Below, in pieces: positions 1 through 13,055 of a stretch of 64,000 nucleotides of DNA. The DNA lies in contig OX597815.1 of NCBI GenBank assembly GCA_951406725.2, positions 182,094,001-182,158,000 of the forward strand. Reading direction: 5' to 3'. Each line of letters begins with the position of its first letter. Position 1 is the stretch's first letter. Both the position numbers and the translations under genes were made by a program. The notes below the pieces were generated by a model. That model had not been told where the DNA came from and did not search any database. It saw only the letters and a program-made list of their open reading frames with translations. This DNA is from Octopus vulgaris. Its lineage: Eukaryota.

Positions 1-105
1 TAGCTGTAAGGCCTTCTCTTTATACAATTGCAGCGTGGAAGGTGTTTATAAGCCATTTAAGAAACACACAAAAGCCGTTCGATTCACTTCAACATTTAAG
101 TTTAA

Positions 106-155
106 TTTGTCAAAATATTTTCGTCGCTAAAATCCGTGACCTGTTCACTGACAAA
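106..155 (-). ncRNA. Minimal type I hammerhead ribozyme candidate, G3-C8 core variant
   Basis: Minus strand reads TTTGTCA-GTGAACA-G-GTCAC(ggatttta)GCGAC-GAAA-ATAT-TT-TGACAAA: 7-bp stem I, stem II with one mismatch, GAAA, and palindromic AAATATTT stem III. Confidence 0.6.
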
Positions 156-350
156 AATCTGTGCTGCAATTGTTTTCGTTTCAGCACACGATCTCAGATC
201 AAATTACTTGCTATGCGAGTACATCTCCGTAACTTCTCTTTATAAATGTTCTGAAAACTTTTACAGCCTTGGATTTTTTAATCTCATTCTGTTAATTTTT
301 ATATATATGCATGCCATTACAAAAATGTAACAGTATACCATTACAAAAAT

Positions 351-573
351 GTTGGGGGACAAACACAGACACACAAACATATAAATACATATATATGTAT
401 GTATATATATGACAGGCTCCTTTCAGTTGCCGCCTACCAAATCTACTCACAAGGCTTTGGTCAGCCCGAGGTTATAGTAGAAGACACTTGCCCAAGGTGC
501 CACACAGTGGGACTGAACCTGGAACCATGTGGTTGTTAAGCAAGCTACTTACCACACAGCCACTTCTGTGCCT
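351..573 (-). mobile_element. tRNA-derived SINE family A, 5' half
   Basis: Matches >10 other copies in the window (head ggctgtgtggtaag...ggttcagtccc). Confidence 0.85.
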
Positions 574-1429
574 GTTACTTGGTTTAAAAGAAAAAGTAAT
601 TTTCATATTTCACAGCCAGGAATATGAATTAAATTAATCTAAAAATGAACTAAACATCAAGTAAAACATTTAGTTTAATGTGAACCATTAAAGTTTTAAT
701 TAAACCCCATTCTCTTGCAGAATACAAGATCAAAGAAGGTTTAGCAAATTCCGCCAAACATGTGTTTGTGCATTAACATGTAAAGCTAAAGCATTTTATT
801 TTAAATATTTCCATGTTCAGAACATAGTTAATGTGGCCAGTACTATACAATATCACATGGAATGTTTTAGTGTATCAAATTCAATGTTTTATTTCTCTGC
901 ATTTAAATCCTGCAAGAGATAGTTTCGCCTTATTCTCTCTAGATTTGATTGAATATGTTTAATTCAATAAAATTCTAAAACCGATTTTAGGTCAAATACC
1001 AAATCAATATTTTGAGTATCAAATTTCCAAAACAAAATTATATTGGGATTCATATAAAAAAAACTAAAAAAGCAAAATATTTTTCCTTTCAACTTCCTGA
1101 AGAAATTTGATTTTATTGAAGAATTAATAATTAAAATAGCATAAGATTCCAAAAAATAGCAATTTTGAAGCTCTTTAAAAATGGAGAAGCTGAAATGGTT
1201 TTGAAAGTGGTAAACTGGATCTATATTATTAACTTCCTTTTTGAGCAGCATTTCAGTGATGGCGTTCGTTATATTAATCACCTCATTAAGGGAATTACTA
1301 TTTTATACATGTTAAGGGTCTAAAATTGAGTTAATATTTTCTCATGGCTACTTTCTTAATGTTGATATTGTGTTGCAAAACATTTGACCAGTTGTATTAT
1401 TAAGGTGACTAAATGTATCTGACTCAAAC

Positions 1430-1985
1430 TGACACTCAGTCAGTTATGACACAGGGTGTTCCGGTTGATCGGAGCAATGGAACTGCTCAAGGAGTTAGCA
1501 TGCAAAAGACCTGTTCTTCACTCCTGCTTCAGAGCATTGGCTGCGGGGTCACTCTGAAAAGCTCTATCTGCGACGATTTCATCTCAATCGAAGGAGAGGG
1601 GCTTTCTCCGTCCGGGTTGCGGATCCGTGGAATAAGCTGCCGGATGAGATGGTGAAGATGCCGACGACCGCTCGGATCAAAGTCTCCCTTGACCACAAGT
1701 GGCCTGAACTCTTTACATGAACACCTGTACATAACTCCATGTCCCTCTACATGGCCTTGCTTTTTGCTTTTTGGGCCAAAAATTAACTAACTAACTAACT
1801 GCACAGACATACATAACCTCAACATAGTTCTCAGGGAGACTCAGCATTACACAGAATGGAACAAGGCTTGCTCTTTGATTTACAGCTGCTACTCAGTTTT
1901 GCAAAGTGAGTGGACAGGAGCAATGTGATACAAAGCGCTTTGCTCAAGAATGCAATGTGCCACCAAGACTTGAACTGTAAATCTT
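1430..1985 (-). mobile_element. SINE family E, split by a CR1 insertion
   Basis: 1430-1505 and 1801-1985 match 54668-54945 and 5338-5456 (ctcagggaga.tcag...acacagaa..gacaag). Confidence 0.65.
1505..1800 (+). mobile_element. CR1-clade LINE 3' end (5'-truncated)
   Basis: 1508-1720 translates DLFFTPASEHWLRGHSEKLYLRRFHLNRRRGAFSVRVADPWNKLPDEMVKMPTTARIKVSLDHKW...*, the CR1 ORF2 C-terminal RGH..KL / FS.RV...WN.LP pattern. A short UTR and (TAAC)n tail follow. Confidence 0.85.
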
Positions 1986-2040
1986 ATGTTATTTACATTA
2001 TTTACATTATTTATATTAGACGGATATTTGTCCTCATCTT

Positions 2041-2419
2041 ACGTTTATATACTTGTTGTGCAAGATTTTTTATGTGAAATCGTGTGTTGAAACAGATATT
2101 GTTGTATTTCGGAATGGTCATTTTGCCAGTTTAGCCAATAAAAACACACGCACTATATATTTGGTGTTACTTTGCGTCAGTGTTATTCATTTGTGTGTCT
2201 CTCCTTACTAACGGTCAGGAGAGACACACAAATAAGAAAGAAGAAAGCAAAGGACCACTGAGGCAGTCACAGGAGTGTGACGAAAGGACTCTGGCCGAAA
2301 TAAGATTAAGATTAATGTAATAAATAATTAAATAACACTGAAGCAAAGTAACACCAAATATATAGTACGTGTGTTTTTATTGGCTAAAAAGGCAAAATGA
2401 CCATTCCTAAACACAACAA
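2041..2419 (+). mobile_element. Fold-back element with internal hammerhead-like motif
   Basis: 12-bp TSD tgtcctcatctt (2029-2040 / 2420-2431). ~90-bp inverted arms (~2098-2187 / ~2330-2419) and an internal 17-bp hairpin (~2190-2234). Confidence 0.8.
2252..2296 (+). ncRNA. Degenerate type I hammerhead ribozyme motif
   Basis: GGACCA-CTGAGGC-A-GTCACA(ggag)TGTGAC-GAAA-GGAC-TC-TGGCC. Stem II is a perfect 6 bp; position A9 is mutated. Confidence 0.5.
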
Positions 2420-2688
2420 TGTCCTCATCTTTTTTGTTGTTAACACAGCGTTTCGACTTATAATACCCTCCAGGTATACCTTCATCAGGTGTCTTGGGGA
2501 AATTTAAAACCTGGGTTCTCGTTCCTAAAGTATTTCTTGATGTTATTTTATTGTTATTATTATCATTATTATTATTAATATTATTACTATTATTCAGGTC
2601 ACTACCTGGAATCGAACTCGGAATCTTGGGGTTAGTAGCCTGCCGTCTTAACCACTACACCATATGCATGTGGGCATAGGGTGTAGTG

Positions 2689-2723
<35 letters not shown>

Positions 2724-2725
<2 letters not shown>

Positions 2726-3190
2726 CCCGCTCGTGGCCGTTTGCCAGCTCTGTCTGGCAACCGTGTCGGTGGCACGTAAAAGCACCATCCGTTCGCGTCC
2801 GTTGCCAGCCTCGGCTGGCCCCCGTGCCGGTGACACGTAAAAGCACCATCCGTTCGTGGCCGTTTGCCAGCTCTGTCTGGCCCCGTGTCGGTGGCACGTA
2901 AAAGCACCATCCGTTCATGTCCGTTGCCAGCATCGCCTGGCCCCGTGCCAGTGACATGTAAAAGCACCATCCGTTCGCCAGCTCTGTCTGGCACCTGTGC
3001 AGGTGGTACGTAAAAACACCCACTACACTCGCGGAGTGGTTGGTGTTAGGAAGGGCATCCAGCCGTAGAAACACTGCCAGATCTGACTGGGCCTGACGAA
3101 GCCTTCAGCTTCACAGACCCCAGTTGACCCGTCCAACCCATGCTAGCATGGAAAGCGGACGCTAAACGATGATGATGATGATGATGATGA
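2724..3190 (+). mobile_element. Family C: RTE-LINE 3' UTR-type repeat with internal ~58-bp tandem units and (GAT)n tail
   Basis: Repeated ggcacgtaaaagcaccatccgttc units, then the conserved ...catgctagcatggaaagcggacg.taaacgatgatgat tail. Many copies in the window. Confidence 0.85.
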
Positions 3191-3959
3191 TAATAATCAT
3201 AATAATAATAATAATAATATCTGGCACAATGCTGCTAACACAACATTATCCTATGTGTCGTTGTATTCTAAGACATTTCACTGTTAGGTGATGGGTATTC
3301 CACTGCTATTTCTAGCAAGCTAAACAAACAATGTAGAGGAACCCTTGCTGGGTTGAATGAACATTACTCTTTTACCTGTTCCAGCCTGTCATCTGTGGTC
3401 ATGCTGGAGCCCTGCCATTTTTAGTGTATATCTGCCATTATGCTATCAGATGTTTTCTAACATCCTTAGCATTTTATCAGGTTTGCTTATCACCCAATAA
3501 ATCATTAACTGCTGTTCATATTAACTTAAAACGCAATCCTTTGTGCAGTTCTCAAATGATCAATACAGTAAAATAATTGAACTGAAGGATTTATAGCTAC
3601 GCTCCAGTGCTTTAAACCGTATTGGCATTTCAGAGACTGGCATGCATGCTTGATCCAGAAATGTTATGGCTACAAGTCAATTTTGAACCCAGTTACTCAA
3701 CATCAAAGCTGTTGTTAAGTTACACATGCACACAGACTAATATGCTTTTAGCAGAACCTGACTCTTTGATCTGTAAATATTGTAACAAATCATTCACCTG
3801 TCTCTCATGTGTTGAATTCTTTTATAGAATTTCATTTTAAGAGACAAGTCTCCCTACATTCCTATAACGAGGCGGAAAAAAGCATCTAAAAATTTTTAAG
3901 TAAATGAGATTTCTTATGTCAAATAAAATAAAATATCCTAATTGGCCTTGATTTGAACT

Positions 3960-4384
3960 CTCTTTTTTTACTCTCTTTACTCTCTTTCACTTGTTTCACT
4001 CATTTCACTGTGGCCATGCTGGAGCACTGCCTTTAGTCGAGCAAATCGACCCCAGAACTTATTCTTTCTTTGTAAGCCTAGTACTTATTCTACCAGTCTC
4101 TTTTGCTGAACTGCTAAGTTACGGGGACGTAAACACACCAGCATCGGTTGTCAAGCGATGTTGGGAGACAAACACAGACACACAAACACACACACACATA
4201 CATATATATACATATACATATATACGATGGGCTTTTTTCAGAGTCTGTCTACCAAATCCACTCACAAGGCTTTGGTCGGCCCGAGGCTATAGTAGAAGAC
4301 ACTTGCCCAAGTTGCCACGCAGTAACACTGAACCCGGGACCATGTGGTTGGTAAGCATGCTACTTACTACACAGCCACTCCTGT
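3960..4384 (-). mobile_element. SINE family A, near full length
   Basis: Head, internal (CA/TA) microsatellite and (aaagagt)-like tail on the minus strand. Confidence 0.9.
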
Positions 4385-4490
4385 TTCTGGTTTACTGACT
4401 ATTAATTCTCATATCTATTATAAATTTAGTCTTTCGGAACCAACTTTTTCGACCATTTTTAGGAAGAATGTTCCAAAAGTGCAACACCAT

Positions 4491-4532
<42 letters not shown>

Positions 4533-4668
4533 AGAGAGAGATGTAATTATATATAAAGTCTGGTTATATGAAAATAATCTTTTATACTAGTAATCACAAG
4601 AAAGATATGTACGGCAAAAGGTTATGAGGAAATTAAATGAAGTAGGCACCATTGAATTGACACATTCT

Positions 4669-5020
4669 GCACACACACACAGGCACACCCACCCACTCAC
4701 ACACACGCATGCACACACACACACACACTCACATACACACATGTACACTCACAAACATGCATGCACACACACATACACACACAGACACACACACACTCAC
4801 ACACAAGCATGCACACACACATGTACACACACAAACGCACATGCACACACACAAATACACACACACACATGTACACACACACACACACTCCACACACACA
4901 CAAATACACACACACACATGTACACACACACACACACACTCCACACACACACTCACACACACACACTCCACACCCACACACACAGACACTCTGCAACACA
5001 CACACACACACACACACATA
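4669..5020. repeat. Imperfect (CA)n microsatellite
   Basis: Seen directly; explains the His/Thr and Cys/Val ORFs. Confidence 0.95.
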
Positions 5021-5456
5021 CAGTTATATGAATGAATAGCAGAAAGGAAGATATTTAAGAAAGGACGATATAATCAATAGTTCATGATACCCTTTGTATA
5101 AATTGTCTATTTTTGCAGCTGCCCTCTATACAAAATGTTAATGACCCCTTTACATGAGATTTTTTGATTGTCCCTTGGAAAAAGATGACAATCAGTAAGG
5201 TGAAAACATTTCTCGACGAACAAGATATTTCTCTTCTGTCAAACACAGCAAAAGATTGCTCCAGTCTTGTATTGTGTGTCTGTGTTTGATTGCACTCACA
5301 CATACGTGCATGCATGTAGACACACACGCAGACACACTGGCACTTCGTTGGTTACAAAAAGGAGGATTCTAGTTGATCCAATCAATGGAACAGCCTGCAC
5401 AGGAAATTAATGTGCAAGTAGCAGAGCATTCCATAGATACTCTTACCTTTAATGTA

Positions 5457-6220
5457 TCAGGTCATCCCATAAGTTCTGTCTGATTTTACCTTTTCAAAAC
5501 TGAATGAAATTTAATAGTATTTTAGAATGTCTAATGGAATTAAAAATTATTTTTATGCCTTTGTGTATATTTAAACTAATTAAATATTATTTTACAGAAT
5601 AATAGAATTAAAATTTCTTTGATTAAAACCCTTTCTAACATGGAAGTATCCAAAGAGCATTTGAGGCACATAATGCTTTATGAGTACAAAAAAAGGAAAC
5701 TCTGCAGCCGAAGCGACTCGAAACATACACTCAGCTTATGGGAAAGAATGCTTGAATGAAAGAACTTGCAGAAGATGGTTTGCAAAATTCAGAAATGGAG
5801 ATTTCAGCCTTGAAGATGAAGATGGAACAGGACGTCCAGTTGAGTTTGATGATAAGCTCCTTAAGGCATTACTTGAAGAAAATCCTGCATTATCAGTTGA
5901 AGAATTGGCAATAAAGCTTAGTTCAAACCATACAACTGTTCATCATCATCTTCAACAACTTGGAAAGGTTCCTAAACTTGGAAAATGGGTGCCTCATGAA
6001 TTGTCCTAAAGCAACCGCAAATCCTGAGTTGACATCTGCTCTCCTCTCCATTCTCTTGAACTCATTTCACCCATTTTGGATAGACTTGTGACTGGTGACG
6101 AAAAATGGATCTTCTATCGAAATGTTAAATGTCATAAACAGTGGCTTGGTAAAAGGGGAAAAGATCAGCCACAACAGAGAAGGGAACTTCATGGGGAAAA
6201 GATTCCTCTCTCTATTTGAG
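5457..6220 (+). mobile_element. Mariner transposon, 5' part (decayed transposase)
   Basis: TA followed by TIR tcaggtcatcccataagttctgtc. ATG at 5640 gives MEVSKEHLRHIMLYEY, frameshift, KKGNSAAEATRNI...RWFAKFRNGDFSLED...KWVPHELS, then LVTGDEKWIFY. Same family as 55780-56974. Confidence 0.95.
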
Positions 6221-6221
6221 G

Positions 6222-6538
6222 TAAAAATATTCTTTTTTTTCCTACTCTAGGCTCAAATCCCAAAATTTTGGGGGATGGGGCCAGTTGATTAGGTCGACCT
6301 CAGTATGCAACTGGTACTTAATTTATCAACCCCAAAAAGATGAAAGGGAAAGTCGACCTTGGCGGAATTTGAACTCAGGACATAAAGACAGACAAAATAC
6401 CACTAAATATTTTGCCCGGCATGCTTACCTTCCTGCCAGCTCACCACCTTATAATGGTGAAAATATTATTTTCTACTCTAGGCACAAGGCCCAAAATTTT
6501 GGGGGAGGAGGCCAGTCAACTAGATCGACCCCAGTACC
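6222..6538 (-). mobile_element. SINE family B, tandem fragments
   Basis: Core gaaaggcaaagtcgacc..ggcggaatttgaactcag shared with many copies. Confidence 0.8.
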
Positions 6539-8240
6539 TTGAATTATTTTTCACACAAAAATACCCAACACCAACCCCCTGAATTTCGTACATAGATTGT
6601 AGATATATTATTTTTTGAGGACTGGTAACTAAAACCAAAAGATATGATGTTAGTCACCTTCAGTTGCAGTGAATACATTGCCTATGACCAACTTTATTTC
6701 CAAATAAAGCATCATCTTCTGGCATTCATTGGTAAGCTTGTTGAAAATATGTAGCAGAGTGTGCTACTTAGGATGTTATATAAAAATTGGGGAGCAAATT
6801 AGGGGCAGTTCCTATCCACCTTTATTATAAGTGGAATATTGCAGAAAAACTACTAAGTTACAACTTACATCTATTTACTCTCAAATCCCTTATTATAAAG
6901 GTATGAAACCAAATGCTGCAGATAAACTTTTCATTCTGGCAAATTGCCAATCCTTCTATTGCACTTTATGCTTAAAATATATTTAAAAAATAAATCTTTG
7001 TCAAAATTTCCATCTGTGAGCTTTCAGTGATTTTGATTAACTTAGGTACTTGGGTACTAAATTTAGTAATTAGTGGCTGAGTATAGAAACATGTTCTATT
7101 AATGAAATTCTTAAACAGAGGCAGCCAGACACCACAGTGTGTGAGAAGGCTGGATCTTTGTCTTACAAATGCAATCCATCCAGAAGACAGGCTAACAGTA
7201 TCAAGCAACTCAATTCTATTCACAAGATTTGGGGTGACTTGAGGCTATAAGTAAAAGAAAAATTGCTCAAGATCCCACACACTAGGATCAAACCCAGAAC
7301 TTCATGATTGCAAAGAGAACTTTTTGAATAGTCAGCAGCACTTTATCCACATTGTAAAGATGTCACTATTTATAAACCTTCACACTTAGATAACAAGGAA
7401 AATATTCATAAGAAAAAAGACTAAAATAATCTGGCACAACCTGTTTGATGGTTGAGGAATTTCTGAAGAATTTTGAAGAGAATATACTGCAGGCTTATAT
7501 AAAGATAAGATCTCTCTTTTAGAGGTGGGCACAATAGATATTAACCATACCAAGATTTCACTGCTTACAGAAATGAATTTTCCAGTGGTCCAATTTATAA
7601 TTATCATTCCACTACGTAGTAGCTGAATAATATTCTTAAGGTCACAATTTACTCACATGCAGCATCTTCAGAGATTTTTCGCTAATTCAGTTCGTAACCA
7701 AATTGAAAACTGTTAGCATTTTTGAAGAGGACTGATTCCTAGCTACATTTTGGCATTAGAATATTGAGATTGGGTCCAGCAGAAAAAAATTTTCATCAAA
7801 ATTTGTAGCAATCTTATAGGAGAATAAGTAATGCCACCAGTCAAGTTTAGATCTAAATAACTTTTTTTTTATTTCAAAAGCCTAATATATTTATTTTAGT
7901 TTCAATGATAGAAGAAAGCATGAAAAATTTTACAGTTTTGGTATCATGTAACAAAAATTTGTATTAAAACAGTTGTGGGGTAAAATATCATGAAAAAAAT
8001 ATAATATATGAATAAATGGCAACAATCACATGTTCATTGTTACACAACAGGTGAATTTCCAGAAAAATATAGGAATGATTAACCCATGACCATATTTATT
8101 TGAGAGCTTTTTATCATGGTAACTTATTTTCTATCTGTAATCAATGATAGATATTTGTGAAGTAATCCTGTATTTTTTTTTGTAGAGCCTATATTGTCTG
8201 CTAGGCAGACAATACAATTAAATTAAAGAATTTTACTTAA

Positions 8241-8460
8241 CCCTTTAGCATTCAGATAACTCTGTCAAATGTAAAGCCTGTTTAATCACATTGTTTTAAA
8301 TTAATTGTACAGCATCTTGTAACTCTGAGATTTTGATGATGTCCCTGTTTATTTTTAGAATGACTTTGTAGGGTAGGTGTGAGAGGTCAGAGCTGGCCGG
8401 TTTGAGAATATAACAGGAAGACAATTTTGGCCTGGTATGGCCGGTTTCAACACTTAAGGG
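8241..8460. mobile_element. TTAA-flanked MITE (piggyBac-like ends)
   Basis: TTAA|CCCTTTAG...TTAAGGG|TTAA. Confidence 0.6.
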
Positions 8461-9565
8461 TTAAACTGAAAGCTCAGGAAACAAAGGAAAATTAGAAGCC
8501 ACCATTTTTAAGAATTTAAATTCATAGGACTATACAAGGGAGCTACTAGAAATAGCAGATAAATTTCCATCAAATCACACTCGACTATCTTAGAAAAAAA
8601 AGGGATACATTGGATAACGGGGTCCTAAATGCAGTGTGTCTGAAAAATAAGAAATATTGGATGGTCACCACTAGAATAGCATTTAATCATAAGTTTGCTT
8701 CATCAATGCTGACCTGAGGCTAAAGAACCCTGTAGCCATCAAGTCTTTTGGCTAGCAATATAATTTTCAATTTGATTTACGGTTATTATTTCAATGATTG
8801 CACGATAAGTTATTTCATTTATTACATGGTTTCGAGATCAACAACCAAATGATACACTGCCAACCTTTTTTTTACTTCATTAAGTAATTTAAAAATAAAA
8901 AAAAAATTATTTCTAGTATTGCTTTATTTAAGATCAATATTTAAGATTATTATTTGAAATCAACATTCTAGGTCATTCAGTGATAAAAGCTATCAGGTAT
9001 ATGTCAGATTATTCTTTATCCTTTTTTACACCATTAATTTTACCACTTTCCTACAACCGGATCAATAATTTTGTTTTTATGCTCTTTTACCTATTTGTTC
9101 TTTATTTGAAGTGTTTTGGTCGGTTTGTTCTGTAGTTCCCCAGAACTTGCCAGATTTTATGTAGTTATTAGAGCATGTAGTTTTCCTGATGTTCAAAAAA
9201 AAAAAAAGAAAAAGGAAAAAAAACACTCATACTAAAGGAAATTTTTATGAATTCATAAAAAAAACAGATCTGATACCATTCCGAAACCTAAACAATTGTT
9301 TCGTCTTCCAATCTTTTTCTCCACCCACACCCCAATCTTTCCTATTTTCTCTCACTCTTTCTTCCCTCTTTCTCTCTCTCCCTCTTTTTCTCCCCCTCTT
9401 TCTTTGCTTCAGCACTTTCTATTCCTTGTAAGATTGTAGTAATTGCTTCGTTCTAATGGGGTCAGGATAAATAATATATGATTATTCTGGTGATAATCTG
9501 TCTTGAATTTATTATATATGTATTTGTTTCATAGTTCTCTCTCTAATTTCCACTTATGTGAGTCA

Positions 9566-9595
9566 ATAATAACAATAATAATAATAATAATAATG

Positions 9596-9626
<31 letters not shown>

Positions 9627-9789
9627 TAATAACAACAACAACGATAATGATAATAATAATAATAGTAACAACAACAACAACAATAATAATAACAACAACA
9701 ACAACAATAATGATAATAATAATAATAATAGTAATAACAACAACAACAATAACAACAACAACAATAATAATAACAACAGCAACAACAAT

Positions 9790-9834
<45 letters not shown>

Positions 9835-9973
9835 AATGATAATAATAATAGTAATAACAACAACAATAATAATAATAATAATAATAGTAATAACAACAAC
9901 AACAATGATAATAACAACAACTACAACAACAATAATAATAATAATAATAACAACAACAATAATAATAATAATG

Positions 9974-10004
<31 letters not shown>

Positions 10005-10040
10005 TGATGATAATAATGGTAATAATAATGATAGTAACAA
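9566..10040. repeat. (AAT/AAC)n compound microsatellite
   Basis: Seen directly. Confidence 0.95.
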
Positions 10041-10479
10041 AAAATATAGAAAGGAGAATATGCATTTTGAATATTAACATAATTTGCATTGACACATGGA
10101 ACGAGATGTTGCCTTGTTTTCTGGGGATTTTGAATACGTTTACGTATTGATCTCGCTTTGGAATAGAAACAACAAACCAGCTTCAGTATAAAAAGCCAAA
10201 TATTGTAATTTCTGAATGCAAGAATAATGTTTGTTGCCTTGCTGAGACTAAAAACGTTTTAATGACACAGAAAACATATTTGGGGAAAATGACCAAAATT
10301 TAAATATATATTGCGTAGCTTAAATTTATGCAGGACATGTGTTCTGGCTAAGTCAGCGATATAAGTGAGATTCAAATGTCATTCATTGGGCTCTTCAGTC
10401 AGGTTGATTTAATTGTGACTGTAAACTGAATTTTGCCCAGTTTGTCATTTTCCCAAACTCAAAACATAATACACGTTAA

Positions 10480-10962
10480 CCCATTTATGCCGATCGTCCG
10501 TTTAAACTGACATTTAATTTATCACCAACATCATCATCATCATCATCGTTTAACGTCCGTTTTCCATGCTAGCATGGGTTGGACGGTTGGACGGGGGTCT
10601 GGGAAACCAGGAGGTTGCACCAGGCACCAATCTTGATCTGGCAGTGTTTCTACAGCTGGTTGCCCTTCCTAACGCCAACCACTCTGTGAGTATAGTGGGT
10701 GCTTTTTACGTGCCACCATCACAGGTGCCAGGGGAGGCTGGCAACGGCCATGATCAGTATAAGGGTATAAAACAAATACTTGATACAAATTGTGATTTGT
10801 GTATGATCTGTATCAAAGAATGAAACATGTTCTTAACGCGTATGCAGTCTGCATCAAATGGATTTCAAAGAAATTGTTTCCAGCTGTTATTTAAGTCAAA
10901 ATAATAGAATCTGTGAATTTTCAGGCAATTTCATTCACTAGAAAAATTTCGGCACAAATGGG
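10480..10962. mobile_element. TTAA-flanked MITE (piggyBac-like) containing a family C insertion (~10530-10755)
   Basis: TTAA|CCCATTTATGCCGA...TCGGCACAAATGGG|TTAA; 14-bp TIR with one mismatch. Confidence 0.75.
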
Positions 10963-11007
10963 TTAAGGAAACAAGCATTTAAACTGGTTATATCCAGCCC
11001 AAATATT

Positions 11008-11421
11008 CTTATTTCTTTATTGCCCACAAGGGGATAAACATAGAGGGGACAAACAAGGACAGACAAACGGATTAAGTCGATTAGATCGACCCCAGTGCGT
11101 AACTGGTACTTAATTTATCGACCCCGAAAGGATGAAAGGCAAAGTCAACCTCGGCGGAATTTGAACTCAGAACATAACGGCAGACGAACTACCTATTTCT
11201 TTACTACCCACAAGGAGCTAAACACAAAGGGGACAAACAAGGACAGACAAACGGATTAAGTCGATTATATCGACCCCAGTGTGTAACTGGTACTTAATTT
11301 ATCGACCCCGAAAGGATGAAAGGCAAAGTCGGCCTCAGCAGAATTTGAACTCAGAACATAGCGGCGGACGAAATACCGCCAAACATTTCATCCAGCGTGC
11401 CAACATTTCTGCCAGCTCGCC
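11008..11421 (-). mobile_element. SINE family B dimer
   Basis: Two head-to-tail ~185-bp units; the full head is present only on the rightmost unit. Confidence 0.9.
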
Positions 11422-12629
11422 AGTGTGCTGGTGTATCTCAAGCCAAATGGTTGGAGTTTAGTAAGGTTACAGGGTAAGGTTATTAGTAGAATAGGTAGGG
11501 AGGAAGATGGGAGGAAATAAAATAGAAATAAAATAAAATTAATTGAAACTGGATGAGGTACAATAAAGTGGGAAAATGAAAGAAAATGAAATAAAGTAAA
11601 GCAACGTAAAATACAATGAAGATAGCTGAGTACAAAGAGGTTTGATTTACTGTACAAGGTTGATGGATATAAACTTTTTTTTAAGATTACAAATATAAAA
11701 GCTTTAAAGGTTTTAGAAATTTCAAACTTTTTTTTTTGAAAAGTGTTTTAAAAGTTTCAGGATGTGTAAAAGGTTTGTGGATATAGAAGTTGATATAACA
11801 GTAAATAGATAGATGGATAGTCAGATCAATGAGTCAATAGCTAGATATGCAGAGAGATAGACTGATCAACAGACAGGCAGATAGACGGATAGATAGATCA
11901 GTAGATGGATGGATTGATGGATAGGTGGATAGATAGTTCAGTAAGTAGATAGAAGGATAGCTAGTTTACCCTACCCTACATGTGTCATAAACAAGCCAGA
12001 TCCAGCCCCTTGCACTTATCCTACAATGTCATTATAAAAATAATTAGTGGAGGTAAAGGACATAGATCGCATCCCCTTTCAGTTTTTTGGGCTTTTTTTT
12101 TCTACAGAAACTCACTTTTTTGACTGTGAAGATTCTGAATCTGCAAAAAAATCAGCATTTCAAAAAAAAAAAAAAAATCCAAAACACCAAAAGGGGGTGT
12201 GGTCCATGTCTTTTACCTTTGCCAATGATGATGATCATCATCATCATCAACAAAATCTCATTGCTATGAAATAATGCATGATAAATTCCAAAACAGATGA
12301 ATAATTAAGGATTACTTTTGACAAAATAATTTGAATGCTAATCTTAAGCAATGCAAAATTTAATTTATTACACTTCTTTATAAACGTTAGGTTTGATTAT
12401 CACTAATATCTATCGAGAGATTTCTTGTAGATGAATAAATCTCAACAACTGGACTTTTATTGCAAGAAAAGAAAATGCACTTAGACCTAAAAAATAGATA
12501 GCAAACATTTTATAAAAATATATCCTGCTCCAGAACAACGCTGGATCAAGATTGTGGATGCAGATGTACATAGACATTCCTAACTCCCATCATAAAAAGC
12601 AAATTAATTGGCAAAATCTCACTCCCAGA

Positions 12630-13055
12630 TCATCATCATCATCATTTAATGTCCGCTTTCCATGCTAGCATGGGTTGGACGATTTGACTGAGGGCTGGCG
12701 AACCAGATGGCTGCACCAGCCTCCAATCTGATCTGACAGAGTTTCTACAGCTGGATACCCTTCCTAATGCCAACCACTCTGAGAGTGTAGAGGGTGCTTT
12801 TACGTGCCACTGGCACGAGGGCCAGTCTGGCAGTACTGGCAACGGTCATGCTCAAATGGTGCTTGTTATGTGCCACCTGCACAGGACCCAGTCCAGCGGC
12901 ACTGGCAACGACCTCGTTCAAATGTTTTTTCATATGCCACTAGCACAGGTGCCAGTAAGGCGACACAGGTAAAGATCACACTCGAATGGTGCTTTTTACA
13001 TGCCACCAGCACGGAGACCAGTTTGTTGCTCTGGCAACAATCATGCTCGGATGGT
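12630..13055 (-). mobile_element. Family C (RTE 3' UTR-type) copy
   Basis: (CAT)n followed by the reverse tail consensus. Confidence 0.85.

Larger units (their letters stand above)
1988..2693 (-). mobile_element. Family D (tRNA head + hammerhead tail), copy 1, with head-to-head junction
   Basis: Reverse copy of the tail, (TTA)n and tRNA-like head. Palindromic junction ttaaccactacaccatatgc-atgtgg-gcatagggtgtagtggttaa at 2648-2693. Interrupted at 2041-2419. Confidence 0.85.

Noticed and set aside
4624-5039. Long His/Thr and Cys/Val ORFs (also at 9503, 23737, 28178, 49399, 57117, 59880)
   Set aside because: These are translations of microsatellites that lack stop codons, not genes.
5680-6009. 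Host SETMAR-like gene
   Set aside because: It lies inside a TIR-bounded mariner with frameshifts and stops, and there is no SET domain.
10180-10200. TATA box gtataaaaag
   Set aside because: Common in AT-rich DNA, with no linked gene evidence.
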